This document shows, one piece after another, positions 26,467-38,811 of a stretch of 64,000 nt of DNA. Below the pieces are notes generated by a model. The model was not told the DNA's origin. It did no database searches and was given only the letters and a program-made list of their open reading frames with translations. Numbering within the stretch: position 1 is the stretch's first letter; every line of letters begins with the position of its first letter. The stretch lies in assembly GCA_009602725.1 (NCBI GenBank), contig WELB01000016.1:311427-375426 (forward strand), written 5' to 3'. Position numbers and translations under genes: made by a program. Source of the stretch: Spirogloea muscicola (taxonomy: Eukaryota).

Positions 26467-29400
26467 TCACGTCTGTGACATTCCTCTCTTGTCAAGGAAC
26501 ATTTGGAGACGGCTCTTTCCTTGCTTCACTAGCCTCCATCTTCTCCAAAATCTGAAGGACGAGGCCGGTGGTGATGCGGCATTAGGGAGTCTTGCTAGCT
26601 GGTATACTTGAGCAGTTTCAGAAGCAAGCAAGAGTATGATGATACAGAGCCCATCAAAGGTAGCTCATCATTTCAAAGGTACATCAGACAGGTCAAAATG
26701 CAATGACATAGATATGGCATAACTGCGAGGAAGAAGATCTCACAGGGTCATGCTGCTGGATGATCAAGACCGAGGAGTGAATGTCGCGAGAAGTAAGAGC
26801 GTCTCCTATTGGACCCAAGCCAGTTGTGTCGTCCACAAAGTGAGCTCCCCGGCTGCTTGGTGTCCGCGACATGGCAAGCGCAGCAATTAAACGTCCAGGT
26901 CGGCGTCCACGACCACATATGATGAGGTCGTATGCTCCAGATCTGGCAATCTCGAGCACCTCTTCAATGGGGGCCTCCACTTGTCGTCTCTGCAAATTAA
27001 CCCGATGCCAGTAAGACATTCATTCTGCAATACTGCACATGCCAGCTTCTACGTGTAACAGCCTAAGTAGACATAACTGCACAGGACACCTTACCTCGAA
27101 CGAAACCAGGCTGCCAGGCTCAGACTCGTGGTCTCTCTCTTTCTGAAGTCCTCCCGGTGCTGGAGAGGGTCTATCAGTGGAAATTGCATCGTCTAAGGAG
27201 GATAAGGCCAGCTCATCCATCTGCTGTTCATGATCCAGCTCAATCTGTGCAAACAATGACAGGATCATTACACAGCTAGTAAGAAACACTTGCACATAGT
27301 CCATGGAGCTTATTTCTTTCATTCGAAGCAGGGACAATCAGTCCCAGAAGCTTGGCTCTTACGAAAAGCTCGTAGACTTGCATCTCTGTTTGTGGGACAA
27401 TGAGTGCCACAGAGAAGCTAGTAACCGTCTGTCTGGTCCTTTTTCCTGTAATGCAGGGACACATAGAAAGTGCTGGCAAGAAGAGTCAGTCAATTTACCT
27501 CGTCAGCTGGCATGACAAACGATCCATGCACTCCTCTTGTGATCTTGGGTTCGTCCTCTTTCTCTTCAGAAATCGCTACTGCTGGAACGACTCTTTCAAC
27601 TCTAACAGGTGGCCTCAGTAGGGGTACTGTGGAAGCTGGTGAAGCCCTGAATTGTATGACGTGAGTCGACACTCCAGGGTGCTCAGCCATTCTCCGTCCA
27701 ATAACCAAAGCTTCCCTGTCATCTGGGCCTCCAAAGAAGAGGACAAGGACCTGCGGTGACATCTCTCACAACTCAGCAGAGTGGCTAGGTAACCTTAAAC
27801 ATTGACATGAGTTGGAATCTTGGCCATCACGGCTTTCTGTATCGCAAAATTTGACCACCTTCTACCAGATTTTGGTGCAATTCATTGCAGCCAAGATGCT
27901 GAGAGCTGCTCTGGTAGCTCCGGTGGTCTCCTGATTGTTACGTTCTTATCTTTCTTGTAGCGAGGCTTCTTGTACCTTCTTAGCAACCCTGGCAGGCTGC
28001 AATTGGGCCGATCCGCCAAAGTTACGGTCCACCAAGATGCCCACAGAGCAAGGGGCATGATGTAAGACCTTCTGATTCACTCCTTGAAAGCCAGGATGAA
28101 TGGTCTCCAGTTGCCCATCCATCCGCTGGAGACATACAGCAATTGAAAAAAAAGCAGCTGTTTAATTTAGCCGGCTAGTCATCACAAGCTCAATCAACGC
28201 TTTACATATCTTGCACTTCAAGAGGTCCCCTCCAAAGGGTACTCCACGGACAAATGAAAGCCAATGATACTTACTAGTAGTATGCATGACTCACATATCT
28301 GGGGCTGGGTCGAGGAATACAGGTACTGAAGACAGCTAATGTGCTAACAGCTACTTCAATAAGCAACATCTCCCTGATGGCCGCTGCTCAAGTTGGCTAA
28401 CCTTCTAGGCTATGCGCGAACAAATGCAACATGCTAAAGCGAACGCACAGGATACCTGGTACTTATGATAGGGCAAAATTATCAGAGAAACGCGTTTGTC
28501 ATTTGCTGTTGTGCAGATATCCTCGTGCATGTTGCCAAAGCCAGATATAGCAGTCATTGGTCTCACGGTCACTCTGCTCAGTTGAGCATAGGCCTGGAAA
28601 GCAAGCCCCACGTGGTCCCTGCCCTCCTGCTCCTTGTTCCAGAAAGGCCGACCCTCTTTCCGAACTCTGGAGACCTGCACCAGAAATCGGATTGGCAAGC
28701 CGCTGCTTCTAAGACGAAGTTGCTAGCCAAGGGGAGACAACATGGAGAGCACCCTTCAACAAGAACCTGGCAGTCAAGGTAAGTTGGTGGGAATGAAGAG
28801 CCACGATGAAAAAGAAGCACACACCATCATGATGGTGGAAGACCTCTCCGAAAATTCCACGAGGTGCAGTAGGTAGACTCGCACAGGCCTTTTGCGGCTG
28901 CTGCCACGCGTCACCTCCGTCAGATTGACCAATGCTGGCACGTTCTTCATGCCATGCAAGCACAGCAGCATTCTGAGCTCGTCCTTGACCCCCTTCTCGA
29001 CCTCCACCTCCTCCACCTTGGTTGCCAACTTGGGCTTGGGATCTCTTGCAGGCTCGTACAACCACATCACCAGTGGAGTCGTCATAAAGGTTGTAACCAG
29101 GGCCATGATAACCATAATAGTGAAGATCTCCTCTGTTAGAATCTGCAGGCACCAGAGAGCAATGCCACTCAGAAACATAAGAGCTGCTTTATACAAGACA
29201 AGGACAGTAACTGCACCAGAATACAGTACTTGTTCATAGATGAAAATCATGCAGGGCATCAAAATACTACTAACTTCCTTCTACGGAACTCAAATGTACG
29301 AGTGCTGTCCATCCAGATTAATGTCACAGTAACAGGACTATGTTCAGCTACCAGAAGGAGCAACAACCTTTCTTTGCAAACCAATGTTGAGCACAATGAG

Positions 29401-31515
29401 CTCAACAAGACCCTTGGTGTTCATGAGCACCCCCAGTACAAAGGACATCTTCCATGTCATGTGATTCAATCGAGCAGCCAGTAGTGTGCCAAGTATTTTT
29501 CCACAGCAAGCAAAAGCGATAACCATGAAGACCAAGCCAATCGACTTTCCCCCATGTATGGACTGAAGATTGACATATTGACCACCTTCATGTCAGCACG
29601 CCTGGCAGTCTGCTTGGCAAGTCCGCATCAGTGGGCACATGAATCAAGTCATGAGAAATTTTCCATTTCGTGGGAGCAGGCTGATTCCTTCTTGGTGCGC
29701 ACCAAGAAAGAGCGAGGATACATTTCCATCAAGCAGCTTACAATGAAAGACAGTCCTGCAAGCATGTGGTGCCATACCTGGAGCTTGGTATTCAAGCCAC
29801 TGGATGCAAAATAAAGAGGCAAGAAGAGAATGCTGTTGAAGTCTTCAATCTTCTCAATGATAATCTGAGCAAACGGACCATCTTTGGGTATGATGAGGCC
29901 AAAGACAAAAGCTCCAAAAATGGAATGGATACCAATAACATCCGTGGAGAATGAGGCAACGAGGACTCCACAAAGAGTGAGCACCACAAATATCTCTCTT
30001 ATGGGTTCATTGTCCTGTGATTGCCTAGCAATCCAGTTCATGATTGGTTTCACAGCAAAGAACATGACAAGGACAAAGCCAACTCCCAAAAGTAGGACAT
30101 ATGCTGCCACTGCTGGGCTCTTGTTGGTATTTGATAAGGCAATTGCAAGTGCTGCAGAGCAACATTGCCAGAATTGTGTCACTTGCCGCGAAGCAAGAAA
30201 TGTAGGCTGCCATAGTTGAGCACTGTGCATCTTCCCGACACTGTCAACCAATCTAAGAAGCATGGAAATCAGCTGAAGGAACAACACATCACATATATTG
30301 GCTTGGACATGTAATGCAGCACTTGGTAGCCACAGCCTTGTAAGCAGACCCTGCCTCAGAGCTAGCAGCCTGCGGAGGGAAGGTGACTGACCTAGCAAGA
30401 TCCATGCAGCTACATCATTTACGGCGGCAGCGCTCATGGCCATCTGGCCGACATCGGTAGTGAGAAGCTTGCGCTCAGCCAGGATACGGGCCAGAACAGG
30501 AAACGCAGTGATGGACATTGCCACTCCCATGAAAACGAGAAAAGGGGCGAGTTTGGCATGAGGAGCGAGGACGGCCCTGAGGACAAAGCTTGCCCCAATG
30601 CCAGCCGCAAACGGGACAGTGATACCAGCAGCTGCTATGGAAAGGGCCTCCTTGCCAGTCCGCTTGAGGGAGCGGAGGTCCAGCTCAAGGCCGACCAGGA
30701 AGAGGAAGAATATCAGGCCCAGAGATGCGAAGGTGTTGAGAACGGTGAGGCTCGGGGGGGGGAAGATGTTCTTTGTGAAGCCTGGCACATAACCAAGTGC
30801 AGAAGGCCCCAGCAAGATACCTCCCTGATGGCCACAGACATTTGAACACAGTGAGCTCTCCAGCAGTGGTAGTCCATATAGATGTCTGGCTTCTGCCACT
30901 AAAGCCACTAAATGCCACACTGATTTAGTCGTCTTTGTATGCAATCCATTTCCATATGGAGACATATCTGCATTCCCATGGTTGTACTGCCCAATAGTGT
31001 AGAGCTGATGTAGTCTAGAGCAGTGAGGCTCGTGCAATGCAAGACGAGAGCACGTACTAGCAGTGCTAGCAGTATGGCAATGTGCACATCCAAACAAGCA
31101 CATCATGCTCTATGGCCTGCCTACTAGGTTCTGTGACATGACTTCCGTGCACCTTGGTAGGTAAATTGCACCCAGCAGATGCTGCGTAATTACTCACACT
31201 GATCACAGTTGGGCGAAGCACGGCGGCATAGCACGTGCGGCACTGACATTGCCAGGAAGGATCAGGGTAGGTGATGACAACGTTGGTATTGGACAATAAG
31301 GGTGTTTTCAAGACCAGGAGGGAACTCACAATGATCTCAGCGACCACTCGAGGCTGGCGAAGGGGCTTGAGAAACAGGGCCAGAACTCGGGACACGAAGA
31401 GGATGAGGCAAATCTGGACAATAAGAAGAGGCAGTGCGAAATGGACGGGGTTGTCCCCCGACAGCGCGCCATTGGACGTGGCCTTCCACGGCGCTGGGCA
31501 TGTCTGGTTCGCCAT
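26467..31515 (-). CDS. CHX: Cation/H+ exchanger (CHX, CPA2 family), multi-exon; last exon uncertain
   Basis: Exons encode [123 protein letters not shown] and [19 protein letters not shown]. Confidence 0.93.
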
Positions 31516-32104
31516 GGCGCCAACGAGACTGGCCCGCTCAGAGCACGTCGGAGGGCAGTGGCCGGCCGAGGCGCCGCGGGAGAAGGGGGCTGAGTGGCGG
31601 CACAACAAAAACGGCTGCAGGAACGTGCCGACGGGGCAACGGCTCACACGGCGCCGTCAGCGACGCGCAGCGCGCACCAGCGCTTGCGTCGCCGCCGTCG
31701 CCGCCGCGCCGGGCGCGCCGGGCGCGGCCCGCAAAGGCGGCGAGGGTCGGCGGCAGGAGGTGCGGAGAGCAGGACGGACGGACTGTCGATCCGGGGGGGG
31801 GGGTGGGAGGAAGCCACCGGTCCCGACCGACAAGTCAAGCGCGAAGATGTCGGCGACGGCGCGAGCGGGGACTCGCTCGCTCGCCCGCTCGCTTGGGAAG
31901 TGGCCAGCGACTAGCGGCAGTCGTGGGCGTCTGCGCCTGCGTGGCGCTAGCGGGCCGGCTGACGGGCTGCTGCCGGCTCGGTAACTTCCCGGTAAGACAA
32001 CCCCTGCCCTCGCATCCCGCCACCCCTTTGGCCAGCTTCGTTTGGTTGGCGTCCCCATGGGAGGCGGCAAGCGGGCTCCTCATGGAGCCCTCACGTCGTC
32101 CTCA

Positions 32105-33235
32105 CCCACAGAAGAAGTGGCTCTCCCAATGGGGGCAAGGGCTGTGAGAAGCCAGCCCGAAAAGAATTGACAAGGTTCGAAGGGGCCAAATTACGAGCTA
32201 AGCAGCGACTACGGGGCCCAAAGAGGCTATGGCAGAACGGGGGAAGATGGACCACTCAGTAGTTACGAGTGAGGAGCCTCAAACCGACAGCTTCCGGAAG
32301 AAAGGCCTCGTAACTTCTGAGACCGAGCTATGCCGTGAAGGTGGCCGAACAGAAGAAGTTGCACAAGCACAAGGACCACCCGGAGGGTGATACCTTTTAC
32401 CTTGTCCATTCTTTTGGGCTGGCCTCTCCCAGCCACCAGTTAATCTGGCCGCGCTTGCCTTTTACCCCCTGGCCATGGACATTCACGGGTGTTACGGGGG
32501 TCGGTGGTCCTCGTTACTTCCGCTGCTGGCATCTCAAGATGACCAGCGGCGCCGGGAACAGGGTGCAGCACTTCCTGGAGGCTCGGTGCCTTTGGGTCTT
32601 GTGTCCTGCTACCGCATGCGATTGTCTATGTCCCTCCAGCGCTCCCAAGCGCTTGCTTTGCACCCGTCGCGCCGGTCGCGCCCTTGGAGCAGCCTCTGGC
32701 TTGCGCAGCGGGGTTGCTCTTCCTCCCCTCATTCCTACTGCCGACCCGGGGGTCCTGAGAGCGCCCTGTCTGCCTAGCCTGTGGCTCCGTCAAGAACACC
32801 TGTATGCATCTGGCTGGCTTTCTGGCTCTGGCCAGGGGACCCACTTCCAGGAGCCTAGCTTCTCTGACCTGAGGCTGCTTAGCAGGCGTTTCTGAGTAAT
32901 ACGTAACTGCTTTGTTTCTTGTTGTGCTTGTTTCTCTTAGCGCTTCCCATGGCCCCCTTCTCGTACTTTGTTCCTTCTCTTTTGGGCTGGCTTTTCCAGC
33001 CCCTATCCTCAATGGGGCGAGCCCTTGGAGATAGTTTTCCGGCAGCTAGTCTGTCGGATTTGAGGCTCCTCACTCGTAAGTACTGAGTGGTCCATCCTCC
33101 CCCGTTCTGCCATAGCCTCTTCAGGCCCCGAAGTCGCTGCTTAGCTCGTACTTTGGCCCTTTCGAACCTTGTCAATTCTTTTCGGGCTGGCTTCTCACAG
33201 CCCTTGCCCCCGTTGGGAGAGCCACTTCTTCTTCT
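32105..33235. repeat. Modular repeat cluster in the divergent CHX/HMGS interval, bounded by two near-identical ~175-bp units in inverted orientation
   Basis: 32105-32282 (-) is nearly the reverse complement of 33055-33230 (+); both match 8155-8326. Internal diverged modules lie at ~32400-32458, ~32610-32730 and ~32860-33025. Confidence 0.9.
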
Positions 33236-33466
33236 TTCTTTCACAGCCGCTCTTTCAGTATCAGCAGCCGCTGCCTTCCGTTTCTTAGGCCAGCTTCTCG
33301 CCCCTCGCTCCCGCCGCTCCCCGCCGCCGCCGCCATGGTGGCCTCCTGACCCGCCCTGGTGCCCGAGCGGGCTGCGGCTCGGCGGCCGTCGCAGCACCAT
33401 TGTGCGCGCCCTCCTTCTGCTCGCAGTGTTCTCCGGCCCCCCCGGGACTCCACTGCAGGCGAGGCC

Positions 33467-36400
33467 ATGGAGAAGCCGCGGCCTGCGCATGTCGGCATCC
33501 TGGCCATGGAGGTGTACTTCCCGCCGACGTACGTGGAGCAGGTCCGGCGCCCGGCTCCCCAGCCTCGCCGCCGCAGCGACGGCCGAGCCCGATCGTAATG
33601 CGGCTGCCGCTGGCCTCGCGCCACTATTGGCGCAGCTGATGCTGCATGCCTGTGAACATGGACGGCGGCTCTGCTCACCAGGCGGAGCTGGAGGCCCACG
33701 ACGGCGTGAGCTCCGGCAAGTACACCATCGGCCTGGGGCAGACGGCTCTCGCCTTCTGCAGCGACCAAGAAGACGTCATCTCCATGAGGTGTGAGCTGCG
33801 ACAGCGATCCGGGCGCTCGCCTGCGGCGTCGGGCTTGACGCACTCAGCTGGCCGCGTCGTGCATGGACTCTGCTTCAGCTTTCTCAAGAGCTCGTCAAAC
33901 AGCGACCAAGTTTTGCTGGAAATTCGATTGTATATTCATGCAAGCAATCAGGCCTCTGCCATGTCACAGGAGCCCGTTGCTCACACCCACTGCGCTCGCT
34001 CGGTCGTTTCGTCATGGGCAGCCTGACTGTAGTACAGCGGCTGCTGGAGAAGACGGGAGTGGATCCCAAGAGCATCGGTCGCATTGACGTCGGTAGCGAG
34101 ACTGTGATTGACAAGAGCAAGTCCATCAAGTCGACGCTCATGATGCTCTTCCAGGTCCTCCTTCCTCCCACAACTTAACTGCATGAGGCCAGAACCTTGC
34201 CCATGCCTGTGAGCAGGATCAGAGCATGAGCTTGAATTTACCAGAGCCTTATCCTTCTAGTCCTAAGCCCCTCAAGTCCAAGGTATTGACAGATGGGGTT
34301 GCCCCTTGCTCTTAGAGTGAGCTAGACCACAAATTCGACAAACAGTGACCTTCATGGGGATTGCGTATCAATCAAGTCGTCTTTGTGTGGTGATACAACT
34401 GATGTTTTCAGTATCTCCCAATGGACATTCACAACCAAGCAGGATAGCGGCAACAGTGACATCGAGGGCGTGGACAGCACAAATGCGTGCTATGGAGGCA
34501 CAGCGGCCCTTTTCAACTGCCTCAACTGGGTGGAGGGGAGCAGCTGGGATGGCCGCTATGCACTTGCCGTGGCTGCAGACAGTGCGGTACATATTCCGCC
34601 ACACTTTCACTCGTACTACATTCTAGCTAGCTCCCTGTCTTCCTAACCTGTATAGCTGCAGCAGTACAGGATGCTGTGGGTCAGTACCTCTTTCACTCTT
34701 TCTTGGAAGATCCTAGCAGAGGTCATCGTCACTCCCACTCATTACCGCACGCATCAAGACCTGCTCTATTTAGCAACCTGGAGCTTCTCAGTCCTCATTA
34801 CCCTGATGCCGTGAACAGCTGTTGCTATCAAAGCATGCAGGAGCACTAAGTGTGTGCAATGCTAGACACCTTAAACACTTCACTTGAAAGCCAAGGCCTG
34901 AACCCCTGAACTCTGTGTGTGACCTCTTGACTTCTCTGACCTCGTGACTGGTTCTTGTGTCTGGCTCAAGGAGCCTAGAATTGTCCAACAAATGCATTGC
35001 TCATTGATGATGTTTTACCAGATGCAATGACACTTATTTCTTCTTGAGTAGGTCTATGCAGAAGGGCCGGCAAGACCTACGGGTGGGGCAGGGGCGGTTG
35101 CGATGCTCATAGGCCCAGATGCACCCCTGGCAGCCGAGCGGCAGCTCACGGCCAGTCACATGGCGCATGTTTATGACTTTTACAAGCCACGACTTGCAAG
35201 CGAGTACCCTGTGAGTTATCTTGAGAGCACAGACTACCCTCAGCAGATTATCTCTCATACTGGCAAGGCACATCTGTCAGAGGGAAGCTATGCTGAGCTC
35301 TAGTGGTATTATTTCGCTGGTGGTCAAGTCAATGTGTTTCTTCAGGACATGAACAAGGATTCAATTTGGGAAAATGAGCTCTGATTTGGAGAGTGCACTT
35401 TGTAAACAGGTTGTAGATGGCAGACTGTCGCAGGTGTGCTACCTGCAGGCTGCTGAGAAGTGCTACGACACCTTCTGCACAAAGTCAGTGCTTCTTGGCC
35501 CACTGTCTCTTGCAAACCTGCTTGACTTTGCATGGCAGCTTCCACCTTTGTTGACTGTCTTGTAATGCAAGCTTGACTATCTGTCACGCTTGATCTGCCA
35601 AACACCTGTTCTGCAGGTTCGCAAAAACAGAAGGAAGCCAATTCTCACTAGCAGCTGCAGATTACATTGTCTTCCACGCGCCATACAATAAGGTCAGTGG
35701 TTGCGCAGCCCCTGTTGCTCCTGCTGCTCGCTCATTGCTGGCAGGCTTCATGTGGTGCACTTGTGGACATTGACATCGAGTGAGATGGAGATTTCGTAAG
35801 GTCATCTATGTACTGTAAAAATGTGTCTATTTGGCCTTGACAGCTTGTGCAGAAGGGACTTGCTCGCCTGGCCTACCGCGACTTTCTGGCAGGCCGGTAA
35901 TTCTCCAGGCACACTATGGAGGGATCTCAATAAGACTGTGTCGAAGTACCAATTGCTGCTCTATTCCTACCTTGGGGCCGGCCTAGCTGGGAAGGATTTT
36001 TAGGGACAGTCTTATGGAGCTGCTCATGTCTTGGACACTGAGCCCTCTTCTTATATTCGATGTTGGACAGAATAGAAGATCCAGAATTTCTTGCTGCGCT
36101 GGAGCCTTTTGCAGGCATCTCGCAAGATGAGAGCTACACAAATAAGGATTTGGAGAAGGTGCGCTGCGACTGGCTTGCCTTGACTTTCCAGCTCCTCAAT
36201 CATACTCTGCTTTGCTTCGACCAACTTGGTCTGCTCCCCAGCTGCCGACATAGGAACTTCTGCCGAGTCGATCCATTACGTCTTTGCCAGCTCAATTGGC
36301 AGTCATGCTTAACCCATGGTAATTGATGGATTGAACTGCTGATTTCAGCACACTAATCTCTGTGGACTGGCGGTTACTGGCAGGCCTTGATGCGAGTGAC

Positions 36401-37261
36401 AAAGGACATGTACTTGCGCAAGGTTGGCCCCAGCGAGATCCTGCCAAAGCAAGTTGGTAATATGTACTGTGCTTCTCTTTTCGCGTCACTGGCTTCCTTG
36501 GTCTCGGAGCAAAGCAATCAGCTTGTAAGTGTCACTGCCCAGTCCGGAAATACTGCAATTCAACTAAGATCATGTCATATCCTATGGGAGCAGTGACTTT
36601 GTTCACACTAATTCCATGATAAGATATTACACTTTGAGCACCATACACTTCCGTTAAGTGCGATCATCTTAAGTTGCATGCACAGCTGTATTGTTTATTG
36701 AAAATTGCATGCGGGTGGTGTCTCACATCATTGCTGCTACTACTGCAATGACAGGAAGGAAAGAGGATAGTCATGTTCTCATACGGCAGCGGCCTTGCCT
36801 CCTCCCTCTTTTCTTTCACTGTCCGAGCAGTATCTTCCACTTCTTCAAAAATCTCCATACCCTCGATAGCTTCGCAGCTTGATCTTCCCCATCTTCTGAA
36901 GTCAAGAAGAAAGGTGACTCTCACCTTTTGCAACCTTGCTTGGCAGTAGGAGCTGATGTAGAGATTCAGAGCAACTCCTTCATCTCAGAGCATGGATGTA
37001 GAATGCGTCAACTACTATCGTGCTCACGACACACTGTGATGCCTCCAGGTAAGCCCTGACGAGTTTGTGAAGACCATGGAGCTGATGGAGACACGATATG
37101 GTGCTCACGATTTCATCCCAGTGACTCCCAATGACAATCTAAGGCCAGGGACATATTACCTTATGCAAGTTGATGCATTGTATCGCAGATTTTACAACAG
37201 AACATCGAATGATATGCTTCTAACAGGTTCAAAACAACCTGTAGCCAATGGCTCAATGTAG
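33467..37261 (+). CDS. HMGS: 3-hydroxy-3-methylglutaryl-CoA synthase (mevalonate pathway), multi-exon
   Basis: Exons encode [46 protein letters not shown], the catalytic [62 protein letters not shown] and [15 protein letters not shown]. Confidence 0.97.
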
Positions 37262-38811
37262 GTTCCCCAGATGTGATAATAGCAGAATTTGATGCTTCCA
37301 AGCTCCCTTGATTTGCTTGCTATTCCAGTTGCATTGCCAAATGGTGGCATTCTTTCATAGGCCCTGGCCCGATATTCTGGCCCAATTATTCTTTCATAGC
37401 TGAATGCTGTACACTTGCCTTAAGTGATGCCAAGATTTACCTTGATGTTGTGGAATGTTCGATTATGGGGAACCAGTGATTTGAGCTGGGGATCACTCTA
37501 TCAGATTCTTGTATGGTGAATCAGTAGATGGTCTGGGTAACCATCTGATCAGCTTAGTGCTTTGGACAATGAGGCAATGAAAGGCACGGCAGAAGACATG
37601 GCAAGGGAAGCCAAGATGCTGGCCGAACTATTTGCGAGCTCTTGTAGAGCAGCACCTGATTGCTGTGAGGCTACATACAATGCTCCTAGGTGTTGTATTA
37701 TACTTATCCAAGCTCCTGTTGCTTGCGTGGAGACAGGATTGAACTTGATATAGAGTGGATGCAAGAGCAGTAGGCATCGATTTGGATATGGACCTGAACC
37801 TGGCAGCATGGTGGGCTGTTTGCTTTCTATTTGCTGCCGGCTGCCCGAGGCTTTTGCCACAGTGGGAGATGTGGAGTGTGTAAGCCATGTGAGCTATGTG
37901 AGTGTGTGAGCTGAAAGAAGAAAGGCCAGGCAACACATGCCAGTGTATGAGCTGTGCGAGCTGTAGGAGAAAATGCGAGTAGAAGAGGAAATAAAGAGGA
38001 AAAAGCGGCCAGGCATCCCATAAGCGCAGCTCTCTAGGAGACCTGCAGACAGAAGTGGGGTAGAGCATACCTTTGAAGAGCACGAGCAATGCGTTGGAGG
38101 GTCTCAGCATTCCAGCAAGGCTGAAGTTCAACTAAAGATAGGCCAGAGAGTCAAGGCTCTTCGATTTGACAATGGTGGCCTGGATCTGAGGAGTGTGAAG
38201 TTGTGGCTGACAGTGAGGAAATCGAAGCGGACCTAGACGAGGGTGGCGTCTCGCTTGCCAGATGGCAGTGATTCGTTCTTCCAGCCTTTCACCTAAATAT
38301 TTTCTTATTTGAGACATGGTGCTCATGCTCATGTTCACAACCAAGCCAATCGTTGTGTTGAGGCCGCAGCTACCGGTATCTGAGGATCTCAATAGTTGCA
38401 CTCTTGCACCTGAATCTGGATTGTGAAGTCGGCATGTGGAGTTCAAGTCTCGAGTCTGTACAGTCACACTACATGTAACAGCTGCCAGACCCATAAAAGT
38501 CGGGAGCCAAGCTACTATGCTGCATGTCTGACAACCAAGCCCACAAGTTGACGCTGTGAGAAGACAATGTTGTACAACTGTTATTGTACATGTTGTACTT
38601 CAGTGGTGTACACCTTACTATGTGCACTGGCGCAGGAAGAAGTAGTGACACCGTTGCACGAGATTACAGAGGACTGTGACATACTGCCTGGCACTCTTCC
38701 CATGGCCAGCTCATGTGAGCTTTTTGACATGCTGAGAGTGTACGTACAAGTGTATGTACAAGGTTCTGTATCAAAAATGGTGCTGAAGGTTTGCATCCCC
38801 GATAATTCGGG

